In this document: piece after piece, positions 37,113-53,914 of the stretch
Numbering within the stretch: position 1 is the first letter of the stretch
How the letters are laid out: the number at the start of each line of letters is the position of its first letter
NCBI GenBank assembly: GCA_002269645.1
Contig: NIVC01002817.1
Location: 74,216 to 138,215, forward strand
Length of the DNA: 64,000 bases
Direction of reading: 5' to 3'
Source: Macrostomum lignano
Lineage: Eukaryota
Position numbers and translations under genes: made by a program
The notes under the pieces: model-generated
Seen by the model: only the letters and a program-made list of their open reading frames with translations
The model's database searches: none
Told to the model about the DNA's origin: nothing

Positions 37113-39145
37113 CTGAGAAGACACTGAGACAGGCACTGAGACACTGAGACAGACAATGAGACAGACACAGAGACAGACACAGAGACAGACACTGAGACAG
37201 ACACTGAGACAGACACTAAAACAGACACTAAGACAGACACTAAGACAGACACTGAGACAGACACTAAGACAGACACTGAGACAGACACTGAGACAGACAC
37301 TGAGACAGACACTGAGACAGACACTGAGACAGAAACTGAGACAGACACTGAGACAGACACAGAGACAGACACTGAGACAGACACTGAGACAGACACAGAG
37401 ACAGACACTGAGACAGACACTGAGACAGACACTGAGACAGAAACTGAGACAGACACTGAGACAGACACTAAAACAGACACTAAGACAGACACTGAGACAG
37501 ACACTGAGACACTGAGACAGACAATGAGACAGACACTGAGACAGACACTGAGACAGACACTGAGACAGACACTAAGACAGACACTGAGACAGACACTAAG
37601 ACAGACACTGAGACAGACACTAAAACAGACACTAAGACAGACACTAAGACAGACACTGAGACAGACACTGAGACAGACACTAAGACAGACACTGAGACAG
37701 ACACTAAAACAGACACTAAGACAGACACTGAGACAGACACAGAGACAGACACTGAGACAGACACTAAGACAGACACTGAGACAGACACTAAAACAGACAC
37801 TAAGACAGACACTAAGACAGACACTGAGACAGACACAGAGACAGACACTGAGACAGACACTGAGACAGACACTAAGACAGACACTGAGACAGACACTGAG
37901 ACACTGAGACAGACAATGAGACAGACACTGAGACAGACACTGAGACAGACACTGAGACAGACACTAAGACAGACACTGAGACAGACACTAAGACAGACAC
38001 AGAGACAGACACTAAAACAGACACTAAGACAGACACTAAGACAGACACTGAGACAGACACTGAGACAGACACTGAGACAGACACTGAGACAGACACTGAG
38101 ACAGAAACTGAGACAGACACAGAGACAGACACAGAGACAGACACTGAGACAGACACTGAGACAGACACTAAGACAGACACTGAGACAGACACTAAGACAG
38201 ACACTGAGACAGACACTAAAACAGACACTAAGACAGACACTGAGACAGACACTGAGACACTGAGACAGACAATGAGACAGACACTGAGACAGACACTGAG
38301 ACAGACACTGAGACAGACACTGAGACAGACACTAAGACAGACACTGAGACAGACACTAAGACAGACACTGAGACAGACACTAAAACAGACACTAAGACAG
38401 ACACTGAGACAGACACTGAGACACTGAGACAGACAATGAGACAGACACTGAGACAGACACTGAGACAGACACTGAGACAAACACTAAGACAGACACTGAG
38501 ACAGACACTGAGACAGACACTGAGACAGAAACTGAGACAGACACAGAGACAGACACTGAGACAGACACTGAGACAGACACTGAGACAGACACTAAGACAG
38601 ACACTGAGACAGACACTAAGACAGACACTGAGACAGACACTGAGACAGACACTAAGACAGACACTGAGACAGACACTGAGACAGACACTAAGACAGACAC
38701 TGAGACAGACACTGAGACAGACACTAAGACAGACACTGAGACAGACACTAAGACAGACACTGAGACAGACACTAAGACAGACACTGAGACAGACACTAAA
38801 ACAGACACTAAGACAGACACTAAGACAGACACTGAGACAGACACTGAGACAGACACTGAGACAGACACTGAGACACTGAGACAGACACTGAGACAGACAC
38901 TGAGACAGACACTAAGACAGACACTGAGACAGACACTAAGACAGACACTGAGACAGACACTAAGACAGACACTGAGACAGACACTAAACAGACACTGAGA
39001 CAGACACTAAGACAGACACTGAGACAGACACTGAGACAGACACTGAGACAGACACTGAGACAGACACTGAGACAGACTGAGACAGACACTGAGACAGACA
39101 CAGAGACAGACACAGAGACAGACACTGAGACAGACACTGAGACAG
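37113..39145. repeat. 12-bp minisatellite (GAGACAGACACT)n with higher-order structure
   Basis: Direct reading; variants gacagacactaa and gacagacacaga. Confidence 0.98.
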
Positions 39146-39825
39146 TCGCAGCCCCGGCAGAAGACGCTGTGAGCTGACAGTCACTGAGTCCCCCAGTATA
39201 CTTGGCCAGCCATGCGTGCAGCAGACCACAATGGCTGCCGCTCGCCTTTCATTCAAAGCTCAACAACAAAAGCCCAGACAAAAACATCAGACACTTGACT
39301 CAACGCGAGCTCTCAGTTCTCATCACGGCTGTCGGGGGATTAGCGACACACCGAACCCGCCCCGGATTCCGCCAGCGGTTGCGCAAACCGCCCGACACCA
39401 GATGGTGCGCCGGCTAGCGCTCACCGCGGGGCGTCGCTCGCAGAGTTGATGATGACGCTGAGTGCGGGAGGCTGGGCTGAGCTGAGCTGAGTTCATCGTT
39501 TCGCTCAAAGTGGCGCACAAGATGAGCCGCCCGGAGCCCCGAGGCGGCGGCGGCGGACTCGTCCCGGCCATCAGCTTCCGCTCTGATGCGCTCGGAAGCC
39601 CCGCGCTGTGACGCCTCCTCGCCTAACATCGTCGCGAAGCCACTTGTGGGCTACTCGGCGAGGGCCAATTATGCCCGGCTTTGGATGGGCGAATGGAGGG
39701 CGACAGGGGGTCAGCGCTGGAGAGGGGACAGATGGCAGCTGCAATGCCGAATATTATATCGAGTAGGGCGGGATGCTAACTTGGTGTGACAGAGACTCGG
39801 AAATGCTCGGTGTAATTGATAAACA

Positions 39826-40405
<580 letters not shown>

Positions 40406-42954
40406 GACGCAGCAGGTGCACGAATCTGCTCTCAAAGAGATGGCAAATCATTTGAAAATAGATATCCGAGTCACGAATGATTGAAACGGCTTAATTATGA
40501 AATGCAGGTTTTCAAAATCAGTGAATTGGAAAAGCGGAAATGCGGACACACCCAGTCTGCTTGTCTGCTTGTGGATTAAAACAAAATTGATGTCATTTTA
40601 AACAAAAAATTTGCCGTCAAAAATTGCTGTTTTGTATTCCTTTATTCTGGGCGTTGTCCCCGGGTTGCCTATCTCCCATTGTTTAGTCTCCCCTCTCAGC
40701 GCTGTGTCCGGATTTCAGCTCGACCAGAAAATGCAGAATCTGTTGACCAACTCGCCGCCCCGGCTGCTCGACATCAATTAAATGATTTTACGAGCGAATC
40801 TGCATGCACGGGGTGACCCCGCAAAAAAGTAGCCATTTAACTGTAAACTGTGGCCGTCATAAAATGTCTGGGGGGGGGGTTGCAGCCATAAACATGACCG
40901 GCCGCTTAATGAGGATGTTGAATGGGAGGCTGGGCAGCGGATTTCCTGTAATTTTCAGGGGAAAAAATCCCCAATAAAATAGTCATTCAAGAGTCTGAGC
41001 TGTCCAGGTGTGAAAATAAGAAACTGCAACAGCCCCAGTTCGCTCCATCAATCAGTGGCTGCTGCACGGGGTCGGTCATGATGGATGAGGACCAGAAAGA
41101 CCAGAAGCAAAAACGTGGCGCGCAAATGAAGAAACAAGGCGACCCACAAGGCGGGTCGATGGACACCGGAGTGACAGCTCGTCTTTGTGCGCGAACCTCT
41201 CGCGGTTTCAAATATCTATCGATACTCCACTGGGTTTGCAACAAAAAAGTAACGAGATAACAGACTGGGGGGGGGGGCGGAATATTGAAACCCGCGACCT
41301 GCTTGGCAACTGAAACCAGGGAGACACCAAAATCTGAGCCCAGAGTTTGATGATGAAGACAACAAGAAATTGAAAGGAACAAAATCACCGCCCCACCCCA
41401 CAGGTGGTCTCACGATTTCAATCATCACTGATTCAACCGCCACTTCCGTGAGGAGGCGGTGCGCTTCCATCCGAATTTGCGGGGAGCAAAGCGGAACCGG
41501 CTATCCCGCCATTATTGGCGATGGCATCACTCCAGCTTCCATCATCTGCACCTCTTTCCAGACGTCCAAGTCCTCATTAGCAACGCTTTGAACCTCCCGC
41601 TGGGGGAGGATGGCTGGCCTGACCCCTGCCTTGGACCAGCGGTCCTCTGTCAATCTTCGGGCAGCTGCCCCGGCTACAGGTAGCCGTATTCGACGTTACC
41701 TGGCGATTGCTTTCATGATGGACCAACGTAGCGTGATCTGCAGTTATTGTGATCACGGCAGATGTGTGTTTGATGTTTGAGTTTGAATGCATATCCTTTA
41801 GTGTGCGACCTCGGGTTCAGCTTGCCGCAGCTCCCTTACAAATTCTTAGCTTCTCTTTGACTGTCTGTCTGCTTATTTTAATCCTCTTGTGCCACTCAAC
41901 ACTCCATAAACTGTCCATTAACAACACGATGGGCGGTTCTCATCAGCTTTCGGGTTGGGTGAAGCTGGCAGAATTCAGCGAATTGAGCCGACCACGGTCA
42001 ATATTTATGCTTCTGGCTTCGCTCTGGCTGTGCAAATCGGTTTATTGGCGACGACTTCTCTATAAAATGCGAAATGGGGGGGGGCGTCCGTCTTTAGCGA
42101 CCTTTCTTCGGCACGTTGCTGCCCCTAGAGGCGAGCGGTTTCGTCAACAGCGGAGCCATAAGAGATAAACTTCAGAAAGTTTGCAGGCATCCATATAATA
42201 GAGAATTGGCGGGCAGGCGCTTCTGTGGTACTTTGGCCAAAGGCTGGTTTTTTCAAACTGCCTTGATGTCAAAAAAGCAGCCAGAACTGACGCAAACTTT
42301 GCACGGCGCTTTTCTTCCATCTTAATGGTCAGCAGCACGCGTCCTTCGCAAATAGTGCTGTCCCTTCCCTGACAGTCACTCTTGTTGTGTGCTTTCCATG
42401 TCAACCAAGCGCGCGGTAAAATGCATCTTGCAGCCGCGAATTCACCTTAAATAACTGCCGGGGGTTCCATGCAGCGCTGCGTAAATCCCTGCAGAGTGCG
42501 GGCCGGCCACTCCGATCGGAGCCTTCTTAACAGCAACATACCAGCGAATTCTTGAAGGCTCAGTCAGCGATTTACCCGCCCGAGATTGTATCCAAACCCG
42601 AGCCTAAATATCAAATCATTGCCCCGGAGATTTGCACAAATATATTGCGCAGGTGGAAGCTCGAGGCAGGGACAAAGGATTAAGCCTGGTACCTTTACCT
42701 GTACCTGCTTTGCTACCTTGCCCCCCTATCTGCCTTTTCTAGCTGCGCAGATAACTAAAGCTGGCATAGAAATTCAATTTCGGCTCAGCAGATCTGGCTG
42801 AGCTCCAATGAAACAGAAATTTTTTCTGCACACACTGAGGGCACTTTCGGTCCGGCCCTGGCCTGGAGGACGCGCTGTGCGAAAAACTCTTCTGCTATCA
42901 GTGGCATCAACTGTTGCAGACTCACTCGCTACCCCCTCCTCTTGTTTGTCCATC

Positions 42955-43082
42955 ATCTCTCATCTGTCATATCCCCTCTCTTTTCTCCTCTCTCCTTTCT
43001 CTTTTCTCACATCTCCCCTCTCTCTCTTCTCCCTTCTCCTCTCTCCCTTCTCTCACCACTCATCTCCCCTCTCTCCCCTCTG
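42955..43082. repeat. CT-rich low-complexity tract
   Basis: Direct reading. Confidence 0.75.
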
Positions 43083-43734
43083 AGAATATAAAATCCCCAA
43101 AATTCAGATCCCATCTCAGCTCGACCTCTCCATCCTCAACAAGCAATCCTCAATGAATTTGCAATCATTCAATGGCATCGCAGGCACTTAATTCCCTGAT
43201 TGCTCTCAGATCCCTTTAACTCCCCCTGTTTCTCTGAAAAAATACCCCAAAATGCTGACTAATTTCCCACCCAGATAGTCATTTTTTAATCTCCGATTGC
43301 GAGGCGAAATGCCGGAGCCCAGACAAAGGGAGCAGACGATGCACGATTTTTTGCTTAATAACAAAATCAGAGCTCCCGGTGAGCACAAACACAGCGAACC
43401 GATCCCCTCCTGAGATCTCTGCTCCCATAAGCTGTCGACAATAACGGCTCCCAAGGCTAAGTAGGACGGGATCTCCTCCCCATTGTGCCTTGCTGTGAGG
43501 AGAAATATGCGGGCCCTGCTCTTTGCCCCCAAACGATTGCCATTCACTCCCAGATGGGTTTGGCTTTTGTGAAGAAGCTTTTATCAACGAAATGAGAGCG
43601 ATTTCTGTCAGTGCCATGTCTGCCTGCCACGGATGGGCTGCTCAGAATCCCCAGCATTAGCTGTATGATTATCCCCATTTTCAGGTGGGAATTGGATGGG
43701 AGCGGCGCTGCAAAAGAGGGAAGCTGGCGAAGAA

Positions 43735-44160
43735 GGGTGAGATGTAGGGAGACAGAGGGTAGAGAGGAAGATGAAGGGAGACGGAGGTTGTAGAGAGGGA
43801 GATGTAGGGAGACAGAGGGTAGAGAGGAAGATGAATGGAGACGGAGGGTGGTAGAGAGGAAGATGTAGGGATAGACTGGGTAAGATGGAGGTGAAGGGAG
43901 TCAGTAGGTAGAGAAGGAGATGAAAGGAGACAGACAGTAGGTAGAGAGGGAGATGCAGGGAGATATTACGTTGAGGGGGAGATGAAGGGAGACAGTAGGA
44001 ATAGACGGAGATGAAAGGAGACAGTAGGTTGAGGGGGAAGATGAAGGGAGACAGAGGATAGAGAGGGAGATGAAGGGAGGCAGAGAAGAGGGTGAGAAGT
44101 AGGGAGGCAGAGAAGAGGGTGAGATGTAGGGAGGCAGAGAAGAGGGTGAGATGAGGGGAG
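43735..44160. repeat. GA-rich low-complexity repeat
   Basis: gagatgaagggagacagag-like units. Confidence 0.85.
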
Positions 44161-44754
44161 CTCTCAGGTCCCTGGCGCTGGCCCAGGCCTCACTCGAGCT
44201 GCCTCTGAAGCCATCGAGTCTCCTATTGGCTGTCAGCGCCAGCCGCGGCCAGCCAATGGGAGCTCGGCTGCTTCACCCCCTGTGTTTAGAGAGGCTTTCA
44301 TTTCTATGCGAGAGAATTTCTTGCCGCTGCAAAAGCAGAAGAGCTCTGGTCTGTGCGGTCTTCGTGTAGCAAGAAGAGGCTTCCAAGACCGAACAATGCC
44401 GAGCAACAGAAATTGACCAGTTACCAATTTGCGACAAAATCCCGCAATTCCCAACTTTGACTCGCCCAACCAGATTCCCGCCCGGAGACTGGCAGCCGTT
44501 CGTCATCAGTCTGTCGCCATCAAAAACTGCCCACCGATCCGAGGCTTGAGAGCGATGAGTCGAGGTTGAGATCGAGTTGAAATTTGCTTCAAATATTTTG
44601 TTTTCGAAGGAATTTCTGATTTCAAGGTGAGTCAAGCAGTTTGTTAAAATTGATTTGTTGAAGTTTTTTAGTTTTCTATTCGAGTAATTTTGAGTTCGAG
44701 AGCTTTAAGGGCCTCTTGTTGGGGTTTTAAAGTGCAAGTGCCATTTTGGAATTT

Positions 44755-45420
44755 CAATTTTCAATTTTGTTTGGGATTTCAAGTGCCATTTAGGGGATTT
44801 CAAGTGCCATTTAGGGGATTTCAAGTGCCATTTTGGGGAGTTCAATGCCATTTTGGGGATTTCAAGTGCCATTTAGGGGATTTCAAGTGCCATTTAGGGG
44901 ATTTCAAGTGCCATTTTGGGAATTCAAGTGCCATTTAGGGGAATTCAAGTGCCATTTTGGGGAATTCAAGTGCCATTTAGGGGAATTCAAGTGCCATTTA
45001 GGGGAATTCAAGTGCCATTTAGGGGAATTCAAGTGCCATTTTGGGGAATTCAAGTGCCATTTAGGGGAATTCAAGTGCCATTTTGGGGAATTCAAGTGCC
45101 ATTTAGGGGAATTCAAGTGCCATTTAGGGGAATTCAAGTGCCATTTAGGGGAATTCAAGTGCCATTTAGGGGAATTCAAGTGCCATTTAGGGGAATTCAA
45201 GTGCCATTTAGGGGAATTCAAGTGCCATTTTTGGGAATTCAAGTGCCATTTAGGGGAATTCAAGTGCCATTTAGGGGAATTCAAGTGCCATTTAGGGGAA
45301 TTCAAGTGCCATTTAGGGGAATTCAAGTGCCATTTTGGGGAATTCAAGTGCCATTTAGGGGAATTCAAGTGCCATTTAGGGGAATTCTAGTGCCATTTTT
45401 GGGAATTCTAGTGCCATTTT
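44755..45420. repeat. 21-bp minisatellite with GAATTC/TCAAGTG core
   Basis: Unit ggggaattcaagtgccattta, about 30 copies. Confidence 0.97.
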
Positions 45421-46066
45421 TACCTTCTGATACCATTTGCTTATGATTGAGCCTCCCAACCCATAATCTCCCCAGTTGCCCGCGTCAATCACATGTTGAA
45501 TCGCCCTATCAGCCGCACCTGTCTCGCTGCCAATTGGCTCAGGTAGGAGGGATTCTTCCCAATCTGAAAAAAGGCAGACAACAAGCAGCGCAGATTTATT
45601 TCAACATTTCGACTGTCAATTTATCTGTGTTCTGCGGAGTTATGCAACAAATAATTCCGGCTGCCAGTTTTCAGAAGGGGATTTGGGATCAGACTGGAGG
45701 CCAGGTGGTGTGGGGTGATAAATAACCCCAGGGCTCTGTCTGCCTGCCGTCTTGGTTGGTACAAAGACTCAAATTTATCACTGGCGGCTTGAATCTGCTG
45801 TTAGCTGCGGTTGAGGAAGAATTTCTTTATCTGTCTGGTGGGGCTGGGGAAGTCAACTTTGATCCTCTTTAGGGAATCCCATTGCTTTTATCTGATGACT
45901 TCCGAGCGGGGCAACTGATAGAGCGGGGCTGGGGGCCTGGGGGACCTCGGAGAGTCAAGGAAAATATAAATTAGCATTACAATAACTCCAGACAGATTGG
46001 TCCGGCTTCGAGGGGCTCCTGTGAGTGGCATTTGGAGTGACGAATTCGAGAGAAACGTGACCAATA

Positions 46067-46586
<520 letters not shown>

Positions 46587-49383
46587 AAGAAACGAAAGAC
46601 AGCCAACATGCAAAGCATTCAGCTTGAGCTCATTTGCCCATTGAAATTGAGCTCGTGTGTTTTACAACCACCGCACGCTGGGAGCTCCTGAGAACTCGTG
46701 GGGTTGTTTTTGAATGAACTCAGTTGAGCTGCAGTGGCGCGTATGGCGCTGTTTTGCTTGGAACCCCCAAAATTTTTTTCTTAGCCCTCGAGAGGCCACA
46801 CAGGGACTCCCGCAACCCCCTGTCGCAACGACCGCGGGGGTCCCCCACCTCGTCTCGGTTCTGAAACAAAGACTCTGCATGAACTAAGACTATATTATTA
46901 TTATTAGAAAAAATGTGTACAGCACAGAGCACAGAATTAATAACCCAGAAAAATGCCAGACTGAACTCAAATCGGTGTGTTTTTTTACAGATTCAGAAAT
47001 TGATTGAGCAGAAGCCTGGCTTGCCAGGTTCTTTCAGTCCATGAGAAATACGAAGGTTGGAGTGATGAGGGAGTATGAGCAGAGTTTCAGAGAAGCTGCA
47101 CCAGAGCACAGCGGCCTGTGTTCTCGGCGCTTCCCAATTCCCAAATCAGATCTGAGTTGTACAGATTTATCTTGCCACAATCATTCGCATTTCCGGCCCC
47201 ATAGCGCAGCCTCGGTGGGAGCTCGCGGGCTTTCGTCGGGCATTGGTTGGAATTGGGAATTAAAATTCACAGATGAGGCGGGGGGGCGGGGCTGCTCTGC
47301 GATTGCACAGGCAGAAGAAGCCGTTAATTTTCCTTCTAGAAGAGAGACAGGCAGTCGAGACGGGGGATGCTGCAAACCAGATGACCCTCGGTGTTAAATT
47401 TTCAAGCGGCTCCTCCCGTCTCGAGCGCGCCAGCCCCAACGCCGGTAAAGTGCAGGAAATTCGGAAGGAATCGATATGCCAGTGCTCGAACAAAAACCCG
47501 CTCTCGTTCCCTGAGGAGGGCCGCTGAGGAGACTGGATGATGGAGCCGCCCGACAATCCAGGAAATGCCGGTTAACCAATTGAAGTGCTTTGCCTCTTCA
47601 GGCCCCGGTTTGAATCCCTGATGGAAAAGCAGCGTTCCCCGCTTTGCTTGCTTCTTCGATTGCATTGAATTTTTCTTTAAGCACGATAGAAATAGCAAAG
47701 CAGTGCAGAGAGCAGAAGTGTGTTGGACACGGCTCTCTTCTCTTGTAGCAAAAGATTATTTTAGTTTCAAACTTTCCGCTTTCAGCTTCCCCCACCAACC
47801 TCAGTTTTTTCTGGGGATCATCGGGCGTTCCCAGTTGCCCCAGTTAGGAAACAAAAATCTCCCAAAAAATCTTTAACGGGAATCAAATGTTGCTACAGAC
47901 GGTAATTGGCTTTGGTTGCCATGGGGGCCCCACCTGTCGTGGGCTTGAAGAGCTGTCCCAAATTTAGAGAAAGATGAATCCGAATAAACGAATTGTCTCT
48001 AAATATAACAAACCAGTCTGAAAATAGAAAAGAATTTTGGTTTCAAATTTCGGATTTCTGGCGGTGTTCCTTGGTGTCACTAAAAGTACACTCTAGGGTC
48101 CCGAGTTCGAGCTCCTCGAAAGTCGATCAGGCAGCTGTGGGACCCTGGGGGACGCCTCATCAATTTTATCAAGTCGTCGCTGGAGCCCCCGAGCGGAGCG
48201 AAAAGTCACGGCCGGAGAAGCAGAGGCCGAGGTCGGGGATCAGGGTGCCGGGGATCTGCTGAGATCTCTATTAATTAGCTTTGCCTGCCGCTGTAATCAC
48301 TTCGCCACACGCTGTGTGTAAAAAATGGAGCCATGGGCAAATTCTTGGAGGGATTTTTGAGGAAGCGGAGCGCGGGATCGAGATGGGATGGGAAGCGAAG
48401 ATGGCGAGAAGGAGCTTTGGGGGAAAAGTCCCTTGGCTGTCAGGGTGCTGGGGATGGGAGGAGCTGCAGCTTTGGTTTTCGCTTCCAAAGGAGCTGATGC
48501 GGCTCCACAGTCTCCCTCAGCTCTCTGCCAGATGAGGAGATGGGAGAATATTAGAGGAGAACACGCACTGACGGGGCTGAGAGACAATGAGGCTACGCTA
48601 ATTCTCGCTTCACTTAATTGCTACGGGAGAGGCGGGGGGGGATGGCCGCAATGGGGAAGACAATTCAATTCAATGGGGAGAAAAATGAAGCAGTCCACGC
48701 AAGTCCCAAGTCAGTTTTTAGTTTGTTGCATCAGCAGCAGCCCCCCAGTTAGCCATGCAGGGAAAGTGACGGGTGGCTTCGATAAAGACAAGATAGAAAT
48801 AATAATACAGACAGGGCCAGCAATTGCATTATGCAAAGCAATTTGGGACCTGCGTAGCCATAGGCCGCAAATTGGGGGCTGATTTCTGTCTGTTGCTGTC
48901 TCAACCCAGTTCTCGCGAAGTTGTCGCTCCTGTGTTGCCCCGTGGGTAGCTGGGGACCGGCTGACTCAGCCTCTGTACCTCATCACCCCCCGTGGGACCG
49001 CTGACCATTTCCCAGTGAGCTGGACTCAGTCGGTTGAAAATCCCAGCTCGAGGATTTGCAGTCTTTTTTTCTATCGAGGCTCCGAGATTTGTGGCGACTG
49101 GCGGACGAGACTGAGCAGGGGGACCACAGGGCATGTGAAAGCCCATGCAGGCGGACCTTTTCATTATCGATTCTTAATACACACCAATAATTCATTTCTT
49201 TGAACTTTCCTGTCGCATAAATAGTCAACTCGCGCGTCAGTTGTGAAGAATTTACTAAACTTTAAAACTTAGATTGTGGAATTCGGTTTTGCTGTTTTGA
49301 AATTAGCGAGGATTTTGTGGACCTCGATTTTAGTCACTTATCACTTCGACGTTTTCTGTTTCCTTGAGATAGGGGCGCCAAGC

Positions 49384-50828
<1,445 letters not shown>

Positions 50829-51479
50829 CCCGCTAAGTACTTTCTTTACCCCTCTCTGAATCCCCTGGAAGCCAGCAGAGGTCGATATCCGCACCCAAAC
50901 TTCAGACCCACGCCAGGATTTCCGCTTGAGCTGAGCAGTGCAGAGTCGAACCCCGGCTTCTCCCCATCCCAGCTCAATAATCCCAGGGCGCTCGGAGCGT
51001 CACCAGCGCTGCGGAACTTCTGGTTCAAGAAATTCCTCTCTACTTCTCCGCTCTGGGAGTTGATAGAAAAGAAAAGTTTGCAGGCTGACAGAGAGGGGTC
51101 GGGTGGAGCACAATGCAACAAGGACAAAAGTCGCTAAACTCCCCCACCCTGTGCCGGCACTCAGCTTGAGAAACTGAGAGAGAGAGAAGAGAAGAGAAAG
51201 AAAGCAACGAGGGCACGGAGAGCCACGGCTTTCCTTTGTTGCCTGGAAAACGGACAAAAAGACTTCCTGCTTTGGTGACTCCAGTGAGCCACAGGTGCTT
51301 TTCTGCTTTCGGGCTGCTAAACCCTTAAAGTATTTTTGGATGCTGAGAGGCCTTGGAGCCGGCTTTGTAGCAGCGACTTCGATGAGCTCTGAACCCCCTC
51401 CCCTGAATCTAAATGATTCCTAGGGCCTTTTCCATTGATTCTTGCGACCGCCACTCTGAGTCACGACTTTGCCACTCTG

Positions 51480-51570
51480 CGTCAGATTCTATCTGACACA
51501 GATTCTATCTGACACAGATGTTATTTGACACAGAGTCCATCTGATACAGATTCTATCTGATACAGATAAT
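51480..51570. repeat. Short 16-bp tandem repeat
   Basis: tctatctgacacagat, about 5 copies. Confidence 0.8.
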
Positions 51571-52034
51571 CTCTAAAAAAACTCCCAGATAAACAAAGAA
51601 AAGCTCAGCAATACCCAGCGAGCTATTCGTTGCTCATTTATTAGCATTGTAAAAGCAGCAATTTTAATCATGCATGGAGAGCAATTTTTAGAACAATGCA
51701 TTTTCCTGTTCTTCAGCAGCGGGGATAATAATGACAATGGGATCTGCCCGTATGGCCCAATGGGATTTGAAAAGACCCAGTCGAGCGGCAGAAACAGAAG
51801 GGCAGTTTCTATGGCAGTGAGCGGCAACTTCAAAGTGAAAATACGATAATAAAATGTCGTGCACGCAGCCACGCATGAAGTCAAAGTGGGCCAGGGATCA
51901 AGTCTGAATACCCCACAGGCATGTTAGGCATTGATCTAGTCAGTGCTGATTTTCAGTTGTTAAGTCCCGGATTCATTATTGGAAACACTTAGACTTGGAA
52001 TGGCTGGTCTCTTTTGTCTCTTCCGAATTCCCTT

Positions 52035-52420
52035 CTTTCTTATCTCTCCCTCCCTTATCTCTTATCCCTCTCCGTTTTCTCTCACCTCTCCTCTTCTCTC
52101 TTCTCTCTCTCTCTTTTCTCTCTCATCTCTCTCCCTTCTCTCTCATCTCTCCCTCCGTTCTCTCTATCTCTTCTCTTCTCTCTTATCTCTCCCTGCCTTC
52201 TCTCTCATCTCTCCCTGCCTCCTTCTCTCTCATCTCTCCCTGCCTCCTTCTCTCTTATCTCTCCCTCCCTTCTTCTTTCTTATCTCTCCTCCCTACTATC
52301 TTCTCTCCTCTTCTCTCTCATCTCTCCCTCCCTTCTCTCTCATCTCTCCCTCACTTCTCTCTCATCTCTCCCTCACTCCTCTCTCATCTCTCCCTCCCTT
52401 CTCTCTTATCCTTCTCCAGC
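52035..52420. repeat. CT-rich low-complexity tract
   Basis: ctctcatctctccct-like units. Confidence 0.88.
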
Positions 52421-53261
52421 ATCTCCATTCTCAGTTAAAAAGCAGTGGATGGATATCTAACAGTCCTTCCTGTATCCCAAAAAGAATTCAAAATCACTGC
52501 GCGTTGAGTCAGTCGCAGCGGGTCGAGCCAACTTGAATAGGGAAAGCAGAGTGGAAACGGAAGGAGAAACTTCAAGCCAAGGGGAGTCTCTCCTCTGTCC
52601 CCTCATCCTATCCTCTTCCCTTACGGGCCGAGAGTAAAGAAACGGTACTGGGGATGCCCGCCTAACCGGATAATGCAATCGCTGTGTTCCCTACAAATTG
52701 CCTGTAACTGGCAGCTGCCTGTCTGCACTCTGCTATTTCTGCTGCGACACAGCCCGGCGGGGTCAAGAATGGCATTGGATAGCCCGGGATCTGCTGCCGC
52801 TTTCCCATCCGGAAAATCTCCCACACTCGGTGGGGGGGGGGGGGCTGGGGATCCCCTCGGGCGGATGGCCAACAAAAACAAAAAACTGCAGCGCGCATAA
52901 TTATTCAAAGCCTGGAGTTGCATTTTTTGTCCCCAACCGAAACCCCCCCCCTAAGCTATTGTTTCCTTTGTGCTCTATGCAGTAATGATATTCAAACAGG
53001 CTTCAAGGTGACATTGGGGGGCTGAGGAGGTCACCAAAGGCTGTCATATAAGCCAGTGAGTCACATTGTCTGAGCAGATTGACAAACTGTTCTTTGCTTC
53101 AGCAAGGCCTGCTGTTGCTTCTGTTGGTTGGGGCTTTTTTAAGAGGCCTCGGAGCCAGTGGGCTGGGGATTAACGCATTTCCTGAGATTGCACTCACATG
53201 TTTGACTCAGAGCGAATTCAATGCATTGGAAGGCCTGACAACTGTGGTTTAAAACTCTGTA

Positions 53262-53460
53262 ATGAGACACTCACTAATGCCAGAGACATTGGGTCATGAG
53301 ACACTCGCTAATGCCAGAGACATTGGGTCATGAGACACTCGCTAATACCAGAGACATTGGGTCATGAGACACTCGCTAATGCCAGAGACATTGGGTCATG
53401 AGACACTCGCTAATGCCAGAGACATTGGGTCATGAGACACTCGCTAATGCCAGAGACATT
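53262..53460. repeat. 34-bp minisatellite
   Basis: Unit gagacactcgctaatgccagagacattgggtcat, about 6 copies. Confidence 0.93.
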
Positions 53461-53914
53461 TTATACCTCATTCGCAACCCTACTGTCATCCATGAGAGCA
53501 TGTTTAAAACGAGTTTCTAAGCTGAGCCTCATCACACCGGTCCCAGCATCACTCGTGCGCACGCAGAGTGTCATCTTCAAAACAGTCAGCGGCGCCTGTT
53601 CAAACAGAGCGTCAGAGGCAGAAATCGTGCTGCTGAATGGCTGCCAACGGATCAGCCTGAAGCTGCAACAACTGAGAATTTTTCTGTCTCCCTCTGTTGT
53701 GTCAGCAAACACCCTGCCCACGGAAGCGCTCCTCCTCAAGCCGTTTGAGTTTGAGCAGCTTCAGTTTCTGCTCTCCGGGTGCCCCGGGGCTAAACTGGCT
53801 GTGCGGTAAAAGGCAATGATACCCGTATAGTGGAGGCTTAAGCTTGCGGACCTTGAAAGGGAAGTCTGTTTCTGGGCCTTAGAGACACGCCTTTGAAGAC
53901 TTGTTAGAGGAGGC

